64,000 nt of DNA from assembly GCA_964016885.1 (NCBI GenBank), contig OZ024743.1, forward strand, positions 60,574,001 to 60,638,000, given 5' to 3'. Each line of letters begins with the position of its first letter. Position 1 is the first letter of the stretch. Positions 25,677 through 40,618 of the stretch are shown piece by piece. The translations under genes were made by a program, and so were the position numbers. The notes beneath the pieces are model-generated. The model did no database searches and had not been told where the DNA came from. It was given only the letters and a program-made list of their open reading frames with translations. The DNA is from Eledone cirrhosa (taxonomy: Eukaryota).

Positions 25677-28429
25677 ATTATTTTAATCGTACAATGGCAT
25701 GTGCGACTCTTTCACTCAATGGTTAAATAATTCAAATCAACGTGTAATTAGGTTTATCATGCACTACATGTTTGAAGGTGCATCGTTCAGTACTTATGTA
25801 TTTCGGTTTACAAATCTAATGTTGTAAATCTATTCCTGGTAACACATTGTGTCCTTGTGCATGGCAGTTTATATCCCGTTTTTTCAGTCCATACAGATGG
25901 AAAAACTGAGTTGAATCTGTATTTTAAAGAACTGGCTTTACACATTATGTCACGCTGAGTCTTCCTGTGAATTACGTTAATCGTTCGCAGGTCTGTGGGA
26001 TGTAATTCACATGCAAGATTATTTCCCTGATCAACTGGATCACGTGTCGTCGAAATCGACGCAGGTCAACACACATCTAGCAATTCATACCTCAGTGTTC
26101 GTTTAACACCGAAATTCTCTGTGAAGAGACACTCAACTAATGTAGCGAGAATCACTCCCAAAAATGTCCTTACGATTTCCATACTGATTAATATTTTAAT
26201 CTAAAGTTCAAACAATTCAAAATAGAGGATTACTACTGTACGATACCCCTATTGAAATCTTCAATCGAGAAGTTAAGTCTCTGTCAAAGACAATTTTAAG
26301 TAAAATTGACCTCTCCTGTCCAACTCTAGTTATTGTTTAACAGCACACCTATTGAAAACATGCAAAACATCTTCAACATTTTTTTTATTTTCAAAACAAA
26401 TGTTAATTCATATTGAAATCAAATCAAATTGTATTCTAATTTCTTTAATACATAGAATGTATGTTTATTCATACTGAAAATTGTATAATCAATGCTTTGT
26501 CATGAATGTTGAATATTTGTTTTTATATAATTCTTTTAACATTAGTTTCAGCAGCTATTTTCGATAATTCGATTTTTATTCGTACGATTTTCTCTGAGCT
26601 GAAAAAATATAAATATTTCCTGGTATTAAAAGGTTTCTTTTATTCCGTTGTGATTTAAATATCTAACATATATTTTCCGAAGGGCTCACAACAATCAATC
26701 GTCTTGATTTAATGATATTGAAGAACACTTTCGGCTAATCTGGCAGATAATACAGATATATTATATTGGTATTTTGCCAGTATGAAATGAAATAACTATT
26801 GTATAGAAATAATGGCTTTGCAAAATTTCGTCTTTTTAATATAATTCAGGAAGTCTTACTCTGTCTGAAAAAATTATTTCAACATTTTGACTGATCTGAC
26901 ATCGCGTCAAGCAAGGCGGCAAATTTGTTAGTCGTTAGATTAAATGTCTTGTATTAGCTCTCTGCGCTCCGAATTTAAATATCGTCGAGATTAACTTTGT
27001 TTTTTGTCACCGCCTGATCGATGCATAACTATCAGGTCAGAGTGTTGGATTGCTTTGAAAGTTTAAATATCACCTCCTTTCAAAGCATGATAGGACCGAA
27101 ACCCCTATCATTAAAACAAAAAGAAGAAACCTTCTATGAAGTGCAGCCTCACAATGTGTGAATCGTAACGATCATATTCCCTATATTTTCCTTTTTCCTT
27201 GCAGAGATCTATGATAAATATTTGCGAGGATTTTTCATTCCTTGAATTTTAAGGGATAAATTATAATGTTCCTAATAATTCATAAATTATGTTAATTACT
27301 CGGGCACTTAAATACAAACTTAATGAGAAACTTCTTGATTTCTGTATAATGGTATGTCTGGATCTGCTTGTCCCTGTTGTAATATTGTGGTTAGATATTT
27401 TGGCAGTGTTGAATATCTGATTTCTGTATCCTAAAATATAGGTTTGTGAGTGTCCTCTCACATTTCGAAATTTATTTATCTCAGCTGTGATCCATGAAAG
27501 GATAGCGAATGCATTGCCGTGGAGAATAGAATCACAAAATTTACTATGAATTGAAACAGTTCTTGAAGACGACAAATTTTATTTCAATTAGTGAAGGCGA
27601 GTGAAACTAAAATAGATAAGAAATTGCATTACCTAATGAGTAAAATAAAAACATTTTTAAAACAACTCTTCATGAATAGAAATATTTCTGCACAGAATTT
27701 ATAAAAACTAAAGTTAAAATAATTGAGGTGAAAGTGCGAACAGGTGAAAAAAACAACAACAAAAAAAATAGAAATAAGACAGAAAAAATAATTTCATAAA
27801 TTAAAAACTATATAAATAAAATGATATTGTTTTGAAAATATATTCTATGATTTCCTAGAGCGATAGTTTATAATAGAATTTTTATAAAGAATATTTATAG
27901 ATATTTCATTTGTTTAAATCGCTGTAACAAAATCATTAAACATTCATGAAATTTTTAAGTAGCACCATAAGAATAACACTTGAAAGAGTGTATATTTATG
28001 AGGTATATCTGAGAAATAGACTGTAAATTAAAACGTTAAATATCTATGACAGTACTTAGATGACCTTACTACAGTGAGTTTGTCCAAACGTGCCTGTGTG
28101 AGTTTCCCCATTTCAATTGTTTTGGTGTAATTTGAGGGAAATAACTTCGCTATTTCTAGCAGTTCAGCCAACCCCGTATCACCACCAAAAATTTATTTTC
28201 CTTTAGGTAACATTTTCCCAATATCTAGACATCTGTATTATCGATTTTCTTCCTTTTTTTTTGGGGGGGGGGGGGGGGTCACAATTTCTCAAATCTCTAA
28301 TAAGAATGTTGTATTTCTCACCGAAACAGATCAGACAGCTGTTTGACCAGTTGACGAAAACAGCTGCAGTATATACTACGAAGTGTCATTATTTCGGTTC
28401 TCATTCAGCTTTTACTTATACTGCAATAG

Positions 28430-28784
<355 letters not shown>

Positions 28785-30344
28785 TCTTAGAGGTGCAAAT
28801 TAATTGCGTCAGTAGGCGGTATACCAAAATGAGCACTCGATGCCCGTGGAGAGCAAACTATCAATACTAATATTTTTAAAAATCTGAATTAGTGAATCTC
28901 CTAGGCGTAAGTGATTCGAACGTAGTTTCGTTGATCCCAAATGCACTGAATATCATTGTCATCTGCGAAGGATACTTTTGATTAGTTCCCTATTGCCTTT
29001 GTGATGCAATTTTCATTAAGAGTGCAGATGTAGCCTGGGAAGAATATCATTGATGAGCTAGGTTTCTTTTTTGTCTATATGGGAGAGAAGGGAAATCGAT
29101 TACTCCAAACTATCAGGATTGTGATATTTTCTATACAAGCATAACAACTAATTGTTTGGCTTAAGAGAATGAAATATTTATGATTGTTTTACAACAATTA
29201 TTTCTACCTAGTAATCGTTCATGTAGTTGTAAATTGCGGTCACATTATTTCTATACGGTCTTATTTCTAAGCCAGATATTTACATCAACTAATGTTACCA
29301 ACCATGACATTTGCATATGACGATTCAACCATGACATTTGCATATGACGATTCCAAAAATTGGAATTCATCCTAAATTGTCGTATTAATTAAAGTTTATT
29401 TTGACTGGTGTGTGTGGTTAAAAAAACACGTTAAGTCGAAGTGTTATCTGCACTGGGATTTTTACGGCTTCCAGCAACTTAAAGGTTCAATGTTAGATTT
29501 CGTCATTCAAATATTGTTTAAAGATAATTCTATTTATTTATAGTACGTCATTCTGAAATAAATGTTTAAATATTGTTCAGACATAGAATTTAAGACTGTC
29601 TCCACCCATCGTGACAATAATGGAAGGGGGATTAAACTCTAAATAATTTTCTTGGATGTGAAAGAATTGAAATCCACAATAGAATGAAATTCGTATGAAG
29701 AAGTTAGTTGGGGTTTAACATAGAATTTCCCTCGGGAAAATCCGAAGTAGTTCTTCGCAAACCAGAAATAAGATTCAGTCAGCTTGGTTTGAATGATTTT
29801 CTTTGCAACGAAGCCATTAAGGCTGTGGTTATCATAGATTTGAATGAAAAACGTGTCCATTCAACAATTGGAAACGTGGAATATGTCCAATGACATGAGT
29901 GAAATAATATACCCAGTGAAATAATTACACAGTTTTATACAAGTTCATGAGACGCTACATATGGAGTGAAAAATAACGGTAAATTTTCAACGAGAACGTT
30001 TTATAAACTGTCATTTTATCTATATTGAACGTTTCTTATGTGATGCATTGCATTATGCATAAATATTTATATACGTATGTATCTATATATATTTGCCTGC
30101 CTGTCTGTCCGCATGTATGTATGACGTTGATCAGTTCTCCTTTTCGGGTATTGTTTTGTATGCTCAGAGAGTGGGATTGGTCGAATGCAAGGCCTTTCCA
30201 CACTTAAAAAAACCTTCAAAGCACAGGCATTTCTTGTTCAGGATATGTTACAGGTTCGTGTGGCTGGCCGTAGCCTAAAAGTGCACCATTTTTTGTAATC
30301 TGACAAGCGATTGCAATACTCTTAGCAAAGTTTGCAGCCATCAT

Positions 30345-30930
30345 GACTTTATAAATGTTTTTCCAATAAAGAGAGAGTCGATTTCTAACATAGACGCAGG
30401 ACTCTTTCACTGGAATTTAGACAACATCAATACAGTAAATATGTATGTATGTCTCCATGCATGCGTGTGTGTGCAGATATGGATGTTATTGTATGTGTGG
30501 ATGTGGATGTTTTGTGTTTTATGTGTACATGTGAATATGTTTAGTATCTCTACATTGGTATATGTAGTTATTAGATGCAGAATCTCTGGAATATATTACA
30601 TATTTTTTGCACTTACTTCCATTATGTATGTATGTATATATGTTCTTCTGGTTTTATAATTTCACAAATTTTTTCCCAATAGAGAGAGAGTCGGTTTCTA
30701 ACATAGACAGAAGATTCTCTCTTTGGAATTTACACAACATCAACTAGGTAGATATATATGCATGCATGTTATTATATGTGTGGATGTGTATGTTTTGAGT
30801 TGTACGTGTGCATGTGTATATGCTTTGTATCTGTACATGTCTATATGCAGTTATTAGAGGCAACATTTTTGGAATGTTTTACATATTTTTACTGTTTCAT
30901 TAATGGATTTTACTTGTAATTTCCTAATGT
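30345..30930. repeat. Diverged ~315-bp direct duplication in a (TATG)n-rich region
   Basis: ttttccaata.agagagagtcg.tttctaacatagac...ggaattt..acaacatcaa at ~30360 and ~30672. Confidence 0.7.
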
Positions 30931-31225
30931 ATGTATGTATGTATGCATGTGGTTATACCACTGGGAGTGAAGGACCCCTAGTCTTTGTCAGGGCATTCTT
31001 CTATGGAAAAGGCAACTCAGGAAACTGGGATAACTCCGACATAAAGTCTGTGGCTCAGTCGGGTTATAGCTACTGTCGCTCAGAGATTGGGATTGGCTCA
31101 GTGCACAGTCTTTCCTCACTTTAAAAAAATCTGTACGCACAGGCATTGCATGATAGAATCAATTAATAATTATTAATAATGTTATATCGTGCAATGACCA
31201 TACTCGATAACGAAGGGGCTGCCAT

Positions 31226-31256
<31 letters not shown>

Positions 31257-31694
31257 TGTATATATTGATCAGTGTTTGTATGTATGTTTGCACGGGGACA
31301 TAGAAATACTTGGTTTGTGCCCGATGGCCCCGCGAACACGCCAGAGGCGTGAGACACCTATTTCTTGTTAGAACATCATTATAGAAAAAGAATTCTGATG
31401 TAAACAATGATGATGACCTGTTCTTCATGTTGAATACCTGTCACCGTTGATCAGGGAGTAATGTTAGTCCAGTGCAAGGCATTTCTTCGCCTAATAAAAG
31501 CTTTAGCATGAGCATTTATTTTTTTCTCTCGCTGCATCATATGTAGAAAGGCGTGTAAGTACTATGCAGGGCTGAAAGTTTAGGTTCTTGCCACCCATGT
31601 TTAAGGACAATTTGTGTTAATTCTCGAACTGAGATGCATACATTATATATGTATGTGACAATATATGTATATACATACACACACAGACACACAC

Positions 31695-31807
<113 letters not shown>

Positions 31808-32129
31808 TAGGTAGTAACATGTGCTTATGTCGTATTTGACTAAATAGAATTAGTATGTAAGTTGGGATTTTAAAAAAACCCGTGAATGGAAAAAAAGGAT
31901 GTGTATTGACGTACATGGGAGACACGAACCCAAATTTTGGTTTGCCGGACCAATGTGCTACCATTACACCAACACGCCAGCCATGCCTCCTTCCATTCAA
32001 TTAGAAGCTGTATAACCATAGCAGGTACATATATGTATATATACATGGTGGTGGCTGCCAACTCGTTTTCGAGTACGGCCACTACTTTATATCCATGTAG
32101 GAGAACCCCTACCGATGCGCTGAACGAGT

Positions 32130-32605
32130 GACTTTTTAGTCCAGCCAGCGACTTGAAAACTCTGGTACAAACACTACACTTGTGACAATTATTGACACAT
32201 AGTGCTTTGCCTTTGGTACCATGTGACGACAAGTGCAGAGAGATCTCCAGATACAAAGCAATGCCTGTGCCGTGAAGCTTTTATAGTGAGCAAAGGCACT
32301 GCACAAAGCCAGTCCCACTCTCTTAACCAAGATGATATTTACCAAAAAGAAGAACAAGTCAACATCATTGGATACCATCAGAGTTGCAGGTGTTATATCA
32401 GAGTTTTCCTTCTCCTAGAATTCTGCCTTGACAAAGGCTAAGGGGTCATCTCTCCCACTGATTTTGGATGGCCATTGACTCTTAAGAGCTCCTTTGCCCT
32501 TTGACAGGTTTTGTTTTTAGTCCTGCAGGATGTCCAAAGTCACCCTCCTCACCAAGAAACCTTGGTGGGGTTGCCAGTTTAGTCGCCAACGACCCGACCA
32601 TGAGA
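32130..32605 (-). mobile_element. RTE-like LINE remnant: C-terminal C2H2 finger plus UTR-like segment; related UTR pieces ~30950-31160, 38890-39070, 39200-39285
   Basis: Minus translation CSVCTRVFKSLAGLKSH; shared gaaggacccctag.ctttgtcagggca block; abuts (CATA)n. Confidence 0.6.
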
Positions 32606-32643
32606 CATACATACATACATACATACATACATACATACATACA

Positions 32644-32675
<32 letters not shown>

Positions 32676-33124
32676 AGGGTTTTCTCACCGGGCCATTTGT
32701 GTTGCTCATATCTAATAATGGTGATATTCTTGATAACAGTGTTATTTATAATGCTGCAGTGTTATTTCTAATGCAATAAATTGAAGAAATGAGAGTGAAG
32801 TTGTAGTAAGGGTGAGGATAGAGAATATGGGAGACTGTCTACTATGATGTTGTGATCTAATCGGATATGGTATAGCGGTTGGTTTAAATATGTTATGTTT
32901 ACTAGATCAATACATTAAAACTAGATATTTCTTTTGAATATGAGAAGAAATTATTTCAGCTGTTTCCTAGGAAAGAGTGATATAGGTAGGATGTGGCGTT
33001 TATCTTATACCGCGATTCTTTTGAAATAGTTGCTTAACTGTCAATGAAAGGGAACGATGAACACAAAATGTCGGGGAAATGAGTTTGTAAAGGAGTTATT
33101 CAAAATGTACTGACTCTTTTTTAT

Positions 33125-33201
<77 letters not shown>

Positions 33202-33262
33202 GGTGAGGGTGGTAGTGGTTGTAGTAATAGTTGTGGTGGTGGTGGTGGTTTTGATGGTGGTT

Positions 33263-33320
<58 letters not shown>

Positions 33321-33352
33321 CATCAGTAGTAATAGCAGCAGCAGCAGCAGCA
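33125..33352. repeat. (AGT)n/(GGT)n/(AGC)n microsatellite; similar at 36260-36480, 52200-52413 and (CTT)/(GTT) at 44240-44650
   Basis: Direct reading; explains poly-V/T/L ORFs. Confidence 0.95.
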
Positions 33353-34029
33353 CATCACCAAATCTACAAAGACTACACTTTCTCAAAATTTACAAAAGAA
33401 CCAACAATCGAGCCCACGAATTCCTTAGACGCGTGTGTATATATGTATGAGCGTGTGTTTGCGTGTTAGTGTGTATGTGTGTGAGAGAGGGGGGAGGGTT
33501 ATAGTGGGAAGAGGGGGGAGAGAGGGGGAGATAGAAACTTCATGTCAGTGTTCCAGTTCATAGGCGCAACCTGCTCGTGAAATTAACGCGCAAACAGTTG
33601 AGCATTCCACAGATACAAGTACCATTAATGTATATTCCCCAGAGAGATTCACTGTGATACAGTGTCTGACAAGACTGGACCTTTGAATTACAGATAAAGC
33701 TCGTTTTTTTCCCCACCAGAATGAACAGGAATGAGCAGGACACAACTCACCCCATAAATCGAACTTACGACCATGAAACAAACACTTATCCCCTAAGCCA
33801 CCTTCAGTCCTGGCCCCTTTCATTACTCACTATCATCAACAAAGTAAAATAATCTGTCGTCAACATTGTTCGTGCTAAATGCGTGAACTTTTTCTAATAC
33901 TTAATATAGCATGAAATCAGACAACCGCACGGCAAATCCTCTCACGTTGTTTTTATATTCCTATACACGGGTCACACACTTGAACAATCTTTCTGTTGAA
34001 GGTTTCTCCTTGTTCATGCCAACACAATC

Positions 34030-34720
34030 AGTAATTCAAAGCAAATTTGTGTCACATATCTTATACAGTAAGTAACACTGTAACAATGGACGGCGACACG
34101 GATGGTCGGAGAGTAACAATTGAACTATGAAGGTATAAACCTATGTTTTAATTAAAACGTAAAATTCTCTCAATCCCTGACCTATACCACCTTGCTATTC
34201 TGTGTGTAGCAACCGCAAGTTTACACGAATTAACATAATATAGCAGAATAAGGAAAGACACGAAATGTTCTCTTTGTAAAAGCAACAATAAAGAAGTACG
34301 CAATAGAAATTAATAACAAGAAGAATATTTATATGAAGACAAAACAGTTGAACAGACGCACAAAGAAAAAACAACAGCAAAAAATAAATTAATGTAGACA
34401 TCATTGGAACAGTGAAGAAAAGTCGCTGAAAATAATCTCTCCATGGTCTGTATCCCACAAAACTTGACAAAAGGAAGTGAACCAATAAGAAAGCCAACAA
34501 TGTCTCAAACACTCTAGACTAAAAGGAAAAACAGATGGTCTAAATTTAGCAGCACAGTCCTAATGTCTAGTAACAATGGCGACTAATATATCAATGCTTT
34601 AGATATGTTAATGAAAACCAAATTGTTCCACGGTCAATATCCGACAAGATTCGATAGAGGAAATAAGTCACCATGAAAGTCAACACTAGCTCAAATGCCC
34701 TGGCTTAAACTTAGAAAAGA
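34030..34720 (+). pseudogene. Decayed R4/Dong-like non-LTR retrotransposon ORF fragment
   Basis: Translations LHGLYP...LKGKTDGLNLAAQ and KLFHGQYP match the LHGxY...LKxETEGxxxAAQ post-RT motif; stops and frameshifts present. Confidence 0.65.
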
Positions 34721-36279
34721 AAAGTTTGATATTAACCGAACAAGATCAATGCTTAACTTTAGAGGAAACTACCAACATAAAATCGCCAAACAATGGCTAA
34801 CATCAATTGTAGACTATGTAATAACTATAAGAAATAATGGGCCATATTATTTCCGGTTGCCTAGTCGTAGCAAACACAGTATATATTCACAAGTATTTCC
34901 AGATAGATAAGTATATTATTGGACAGTGTATAAATACTCCCACACAGTTACTGGGTACAAGTTCTATAAACATGCAACAAATCCGATATGAAAAACATCA
35001 GATAGCTGAAATAATCTAGTATGAACCGACTGACATAATGATAAAAAGGGGGATGAAGTGGATAACGGAGTAAAGGAGGAGTAAGAGGAGGTGAAGAAGT
35101 GAGAAGGAGGGTTACGAGGAAGAATAGGGGAACGAGAAAAAAGGCTCTTAATTCTTGAGTTGTACGAGCGCAGTCAGAAAACAGCTTGCCTTTGACATTG
35201 CAAACCTGACATAGTTCATCCCTCTCCACGTCTGAACACGGTCTATTTCTTCCACAAAAGGAGAACAGGAGAAAAGGAGAAAATAAAATTGTAGAAGGAT
35301 CGACTCAGGTACTGGTCTGGTACTGTATTTATCGATTTCGAAAGAATGAAAGGGAAACTTGACCTCGCCAGGATTTGCACACAGAGTACGTGTCTGCCAA
35401 TTCTCCACCAAATCAAAAGATTCTTGATTAAAGACAGAAATTGAAGTATCTTTACTTCCATCAACATCTCGATGTTTTCTGGGAAAATTGAATTTGTCCC
35501 CAACTTGAAATTGCCCCTAGTACAAGGATTTTAAGCTGTTATTCAGCAAAATGTTCATCCGTTCAGTGTTTTGGTGTTTTTCGTTCCCTCAATCATAACT
35601 AACCGTAGGTTGCACCTGGGAAGCTTCTCCCCAAAGCAGAAACCTGTGCAAAGTGTTTTGTGGAATACAAGCAGTTACCCATAAAAGCAAGTGTCTCATC
35701 TTTGTGGCACCGATGTTTTCCCTGAGAAAGGCAAAGACTGATACAGCTTGGCCTCTGGTTCGTGGTGATTTAACTTTTTTTTTTATTTGATTGGAAAGGA
35801 AGGTGAGGTTGGAGTAAAAGTTGCCCTCCTCCAGTAAATTTACCAGAACATGGCTGAAAGGAGCAAAAATGGCAAATGTGGATAAAACTAATTTTTGCTT
35901 GAGCCTGTTGGTCGAACAACAACAGGTGAGAGAGGACATTCGCACTTGGAGGTTTGGGGGATTTGGGATTCGTGGAGTCCCTCTATGTAATCCCTTATAT
36001 TAACGTTGTAACTTGCCTGTGTAATATCTCCTCGATCCGTTGCCCTTGTGGTAAATAAAAGAAATCATTATTATTAATGTACTGGGTAATTGCTGGCCTT
36101 GTGCCTAAAGTAGAAACAATTATTATTATCATTATAGCTATGTCCCTTTACATTTTGAGTTCAAATCTTGCCGAGATTAGGTTTGCTTTTAACTCTTTCG
36201 AGGTCGATAAAAATAAAGCACCAGTAACGCACTGGAGTTGATTTAATCGACTTACCCCTTCGTCATCGTCGTCGTCGTC

Positions 36280-36336
<57 letters not shown>

Positions 36337-36339
36337 ATG

Positions 36340-36370
<31 letters not shown>

Positions 36371-36392
36371 TGGTAGTAGTAATAGTAGTGGC

Positions 36393-36433
<41 letters not shown>

Positions 36434-36437
36434 TAGC

Positions 36438-36472
<35 letters not shown>

Positions 36473-37058
36473 GTGGAGGTGGCGTTAGAGCAGCGGCAGC
36501 AACGGCAACAGAAGCAAGGATGCCGGTTTCTATCGTTGTTACGTTTACACCTCCGTTTATCAATGTTGAATGTGAGACCAAGTCATAGATAAATGTTGCA
36601 CAAGAACGAGGCATGACTGACGTACATGATTTGTTGAAGTGATAACATGTAAACAAATGTATTGATAACAACAGGAGTTAATCAATAGCAATTTAACAGA
36701 CTACGAATATCACATGATATGATCAGGCATCTCTTTTTTTTATTTTCAACCAATACACCGCTTAAGTCAATTAAGCGAATTTATTGTATTACATTATATG
36801 TCAATTAACTAATTTGTTGTATTAATTAACGCAATCAATACATAACTTTTCGGTGTCATGTGATATATATTACTACCATACTATATGGGATATAGTACGA
36901 CAGTTATAAGACTTACAGTATACAGCGTAACATAAATTCTATATATTTATTTGATATATCCTAGTTCTATGAGATCAATCGATGTTATAATTGTAAATAT
37001 TATCATCCACTGAAATCTAGATATAATTGGATAACTTTTTTTAAACTTTCTTAATGTA

Positions 37059-37422
37059 TACTGTCGGGTCCCAAATAATAGGGGGCGGGGAAGAAGCGGT
37101 GGGATTGTATAAGTGGGTGGAAATGGGTAATTGTTCAAGGTAATCTCCGTTGAATTTCAAAATCCAGAATTAGTCGTTTAGTTTACATACTGAGAACCTA
37201 ACCCATCGTATTTATTTTATAACGTATAGGATATCTAATAATGTACTTTTTGTGTCATGTATAATATTTTTTTGAAGTATAAAGAAAATTAATTGTCGCA
37301 TGAATGCTACCACTTAAAATAAAACTTCCGTGGACATAGATTAGAAACATTTAATAAGCAGGTGGAGAGGTCTGAAAAATTAATACGCGGGGGATGTGAC
37401 ATTTATTCTAGACATGTGAGTA
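37059..37422. mobile_element. MITE, second copy of 6799-7164
   Basis: tactgtcgggtcccaaataa start; shared ttagtttacata and ccacttaaaataaaa; degenerate right TIR ending gagta. Confidence 0.7.
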
Positions 37423-37954
37423 AGTCGCATGATCTTTTTTTAAAGAGATTTGCAGTAAACCATATGTAATTTCGATATTCCACTATCATTTCCAATTCAG
37501 TCCTTAGCTCAATAAATCATTCTAGAAAGGCATTTCACACTGAGAGGGCAGATAATAAGTTTTCTCTAATAACATAGAAAATGGTGGTTTTGTGAGCTCA
37601 TAGTGGAAGTGTTTCTGCTTATACTAGTCAAGGTATCGTTGCAGATTTAGTTGTAATCGTTTTTTTATTTCAGAGATGCTCATTGTTTTAAACGCACTAT
37701 TGACATAATGAGTAATACGATTAAAAGATTTTTCAGTGGAATTACTGAATATGTACTTACTAATATATATTGTTTCACTCATTTAAATAATCGAGAACGT
37801 GAAACACAGAGTAACATGAATACGATTTAGCATCTAATAAACTATTAAGATTTATTCAAGTTCCTTTTCTTAGTTTGTAAACAGCAAGGTTCATCAAATC
37901 AACACACACATACATATATATATATATACATATAGATGTTGAATAATATATGTG

Positions 37955-37993
<39 letters not shown>

Positions 37994-38021
37994 GACTGCC
38001 TTAACGATAACCTGTTATCCC

Positions 38022-38110
<89 letters not shown>

Positions 38111-38177
38111 TGTATATATATATATGTATATATATATATAAATATAAAATATACACATATATACATATATATATATA

Positions 38178-38224
38178 TGCTCCGAAGAATCCAAACCTCG
38201 GTTTGGAAGAAACAATTGTAAGCA
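38178..38224 (+). ncRNA. Hammerhead variant (CCGAAGA core) at the 5' edge of a ~190-bp (TA)n insert
   Basis: tgct-CCGAAGA-a-tccaaacc(tc)ggtttgga-a-GAAAC-aatt-GTA|agca; palindromic stem III ACAATTGT. Confidence 0.7.
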
Positions 38225-39382
38225 AATAAATTATTTAAACAGAACTTTGATTCATGTAATTTCTATATAACTGCTCTGTAAAACAACTGATGTTGTTACA
38301 TTGAGCTATTTGTCTTAGTGGTAATAAGATAGTAATAAATTACTGTCTTTCACTATTTAGGGTTTAAAATATATATAACTATAAAAGGTTTTAGTATATA
38401 CATAACTATAAAAAGTATCCTTAATACTATATATATATATATATATATAAATGAAAAAATGGCGTGCTGCCTTGTTGCTAAATGTTATACATATGAATGA
38501 AAATAGACCAAGAAACGAGACTGTCCATCATCAGTAGTCTGCTGTTTATCATTGGTATTTCTTCGCATTAAAGACTAGATACCTCAAAATCAGTGCGAGC
38601 GATAACTAAAATAAGTTATCGGGACAGAGCGAATTGGAAGGGAAAAGTAAACAAACAACATGGTAGTAATGCAAAGTAAAGAGAGGAAAAGAGAGACAAG
38701 TCAATGAATCTTGTGGACTTAAGTCCGAACAAATCAATCGACGAGAAGAGGCAGACATCCGATACACGCGAAAAGTGAGAGAGAAAAGGATTTCACACAG
38801 GTGAGACGGGAGGAAGTGAGAGAGGGGGTAGCAGAGTGTGATTGAGTGAAAGTGTGAGGAAGAGGTCAGCCGAGAGTATACATATATGTCGGGTCACTAT
38901 TGAGTGCTACTGGTAACATTTAACCCAGTACAACTTGTCGCATGGTCTGGTCGTCAGTGACTATACCGGCAAACCCAGCAGGTTTACTTGTTGAGGAGGG
39001 TAATTTAGGACACCCTGCAGGACAAAAAACAACCTGACAAAGGGCGGAAGAACTCATAAGAGTCAATGTGTAAATATGTATATACATGTGTATGCCTGTG
39101 TATATATGTGTATGCCTATGTATATATGTATATACATGTATACATGTGTATGTATATGCACGGGGAAATAGAAATAATCGGGCGGGATACCCGATCGCGC
39201 GGTTAAACCACTCGGAGTGAAGGACCCCTAGCCTTTGTCAGGGCATTCTTCTAGGAGAACGCAACTCAGGAAACTGGGATAACTGTTAAAACAACCAAAT
39301 GCTGTCATTGACAGCATCTGGCCGTTTTAACAATTGTTCTAGCAATAAGTTTCCACATTTTTCTATGAATTCATATATACGT

Positions 39383-39521
<139 letters not shown>

Positions 39522-40035
39522 TAGAAATATGTGTAGTTAGACATAATCTTACCATATATACGCACAGAGACGTAGATACTTGCAGATACACAAACAATCA
39601 CACTCACACAAATACATATACATACACATACACGTATATATTCCTACGCACACAAACACACATATATATATATTATATATAAATATGTGTGTGTGTGTGG
39701 GGGGGGGGGGTGCGTGCGTGAGTTTCTGACTGTCTGTCTGTGTTTGTTTGTCTATGCGTGCATGCGTGCTTATTTCATTGATGTATATGGTAAAAGCATG
39801 TAAACATTGGCAAAAATAGAGAAAAATCGATGCTCTTCGAATCATGTCTGTTGCTATATTTGTTTTGCGCCTGGTTACATACTTTCCTTTGATACTCTCA
39901 CTATGAAAAGCTGCAAGGTAACAGTGATTTGTTTGTCGGAAGCCAGTAACCAACGTTAACAAACATCCCAGTACCCATATATATATATATATGTGTGTAT
40001 CTGTGTCTGTGCGCGTGTGCGCGTGTGTGTATGTA

Positions 40036-40103
<68 letters not shown>

Positions 40104-40189
40104 GTCGTCAAATATGCAATTTGTAGAGATTTGTAGAAAAAAAACGAATTTCTACAAATTTCATGCTTGACGACCCTATATATATATAT

Positions 40190-40380
40190 ACGTTATTCCG
40201 GGTTGAATCGGAGGTAACCACAGTAAGTAAGGTACTCAATACATAGCAGAGTATAAAAGTTTTAATATAGATGAGATTCTACAGGACTAGAACTGTTTCA
40301 TTCTTTAGAAATCATCAGGAATCTCAGAGATTCCTGATGATTTCTAAAGAATGAAACAGTTCTAGTCCTGTAGAATCTCA

Positions 40381-40389
<9 letters not shown>
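40190..40389. mobile_element. Family E fold-back element with two intact back-to-back hammerheads
   Basis: Perfect palindrome 40263-40389 centred on 40326; tail 40190-40262 matches 60730-60808 in reverse. Confidence 0.9.
40327..40379 (+). ncRNA. Type I hammerhead ribozyme; mirror on minus at 40273-40325
   Basis: gagattc-CTGATGA-t-ttc(taaa)gaa-t-GAAAC-ag(ttctagtc)ct-GTA|gaatctc; 7-bp stem I, 4-bp stem III. Confidence 0.9.
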
Positions 40390-40447
<58 letters not shown>

Positions 40448-40578
40448 TGTGTGTGTGTGATTCTAAGGACATGATTAATGATATATTGCCCTGATTATTT
40501 AATTTATTAATTCTTCATTGAGCCACAACGTGACCGGTTGCAAAACATATATATCTATGACTTTATGTATATGTAAAC

Positions 40579-40611
<33 letters not shown>

Positions 40612-40618
<7 letters not shown>

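Noticed and set aside
27261-27575. 104-aa ORF or possible REL-endonuclease remnant
   Set aside because: Only a faint PDI-like motif across broken frames; needs tBLASTx.
29299-29352. 27-bp direct tandem duplication
   Set aside because: Real but an ordinary slippage duplication.
29639-29900. Possible piggyBac transposase remnant
   Set aside because: Similarity too weak by eye; no TTAA-bounded TIRs found.
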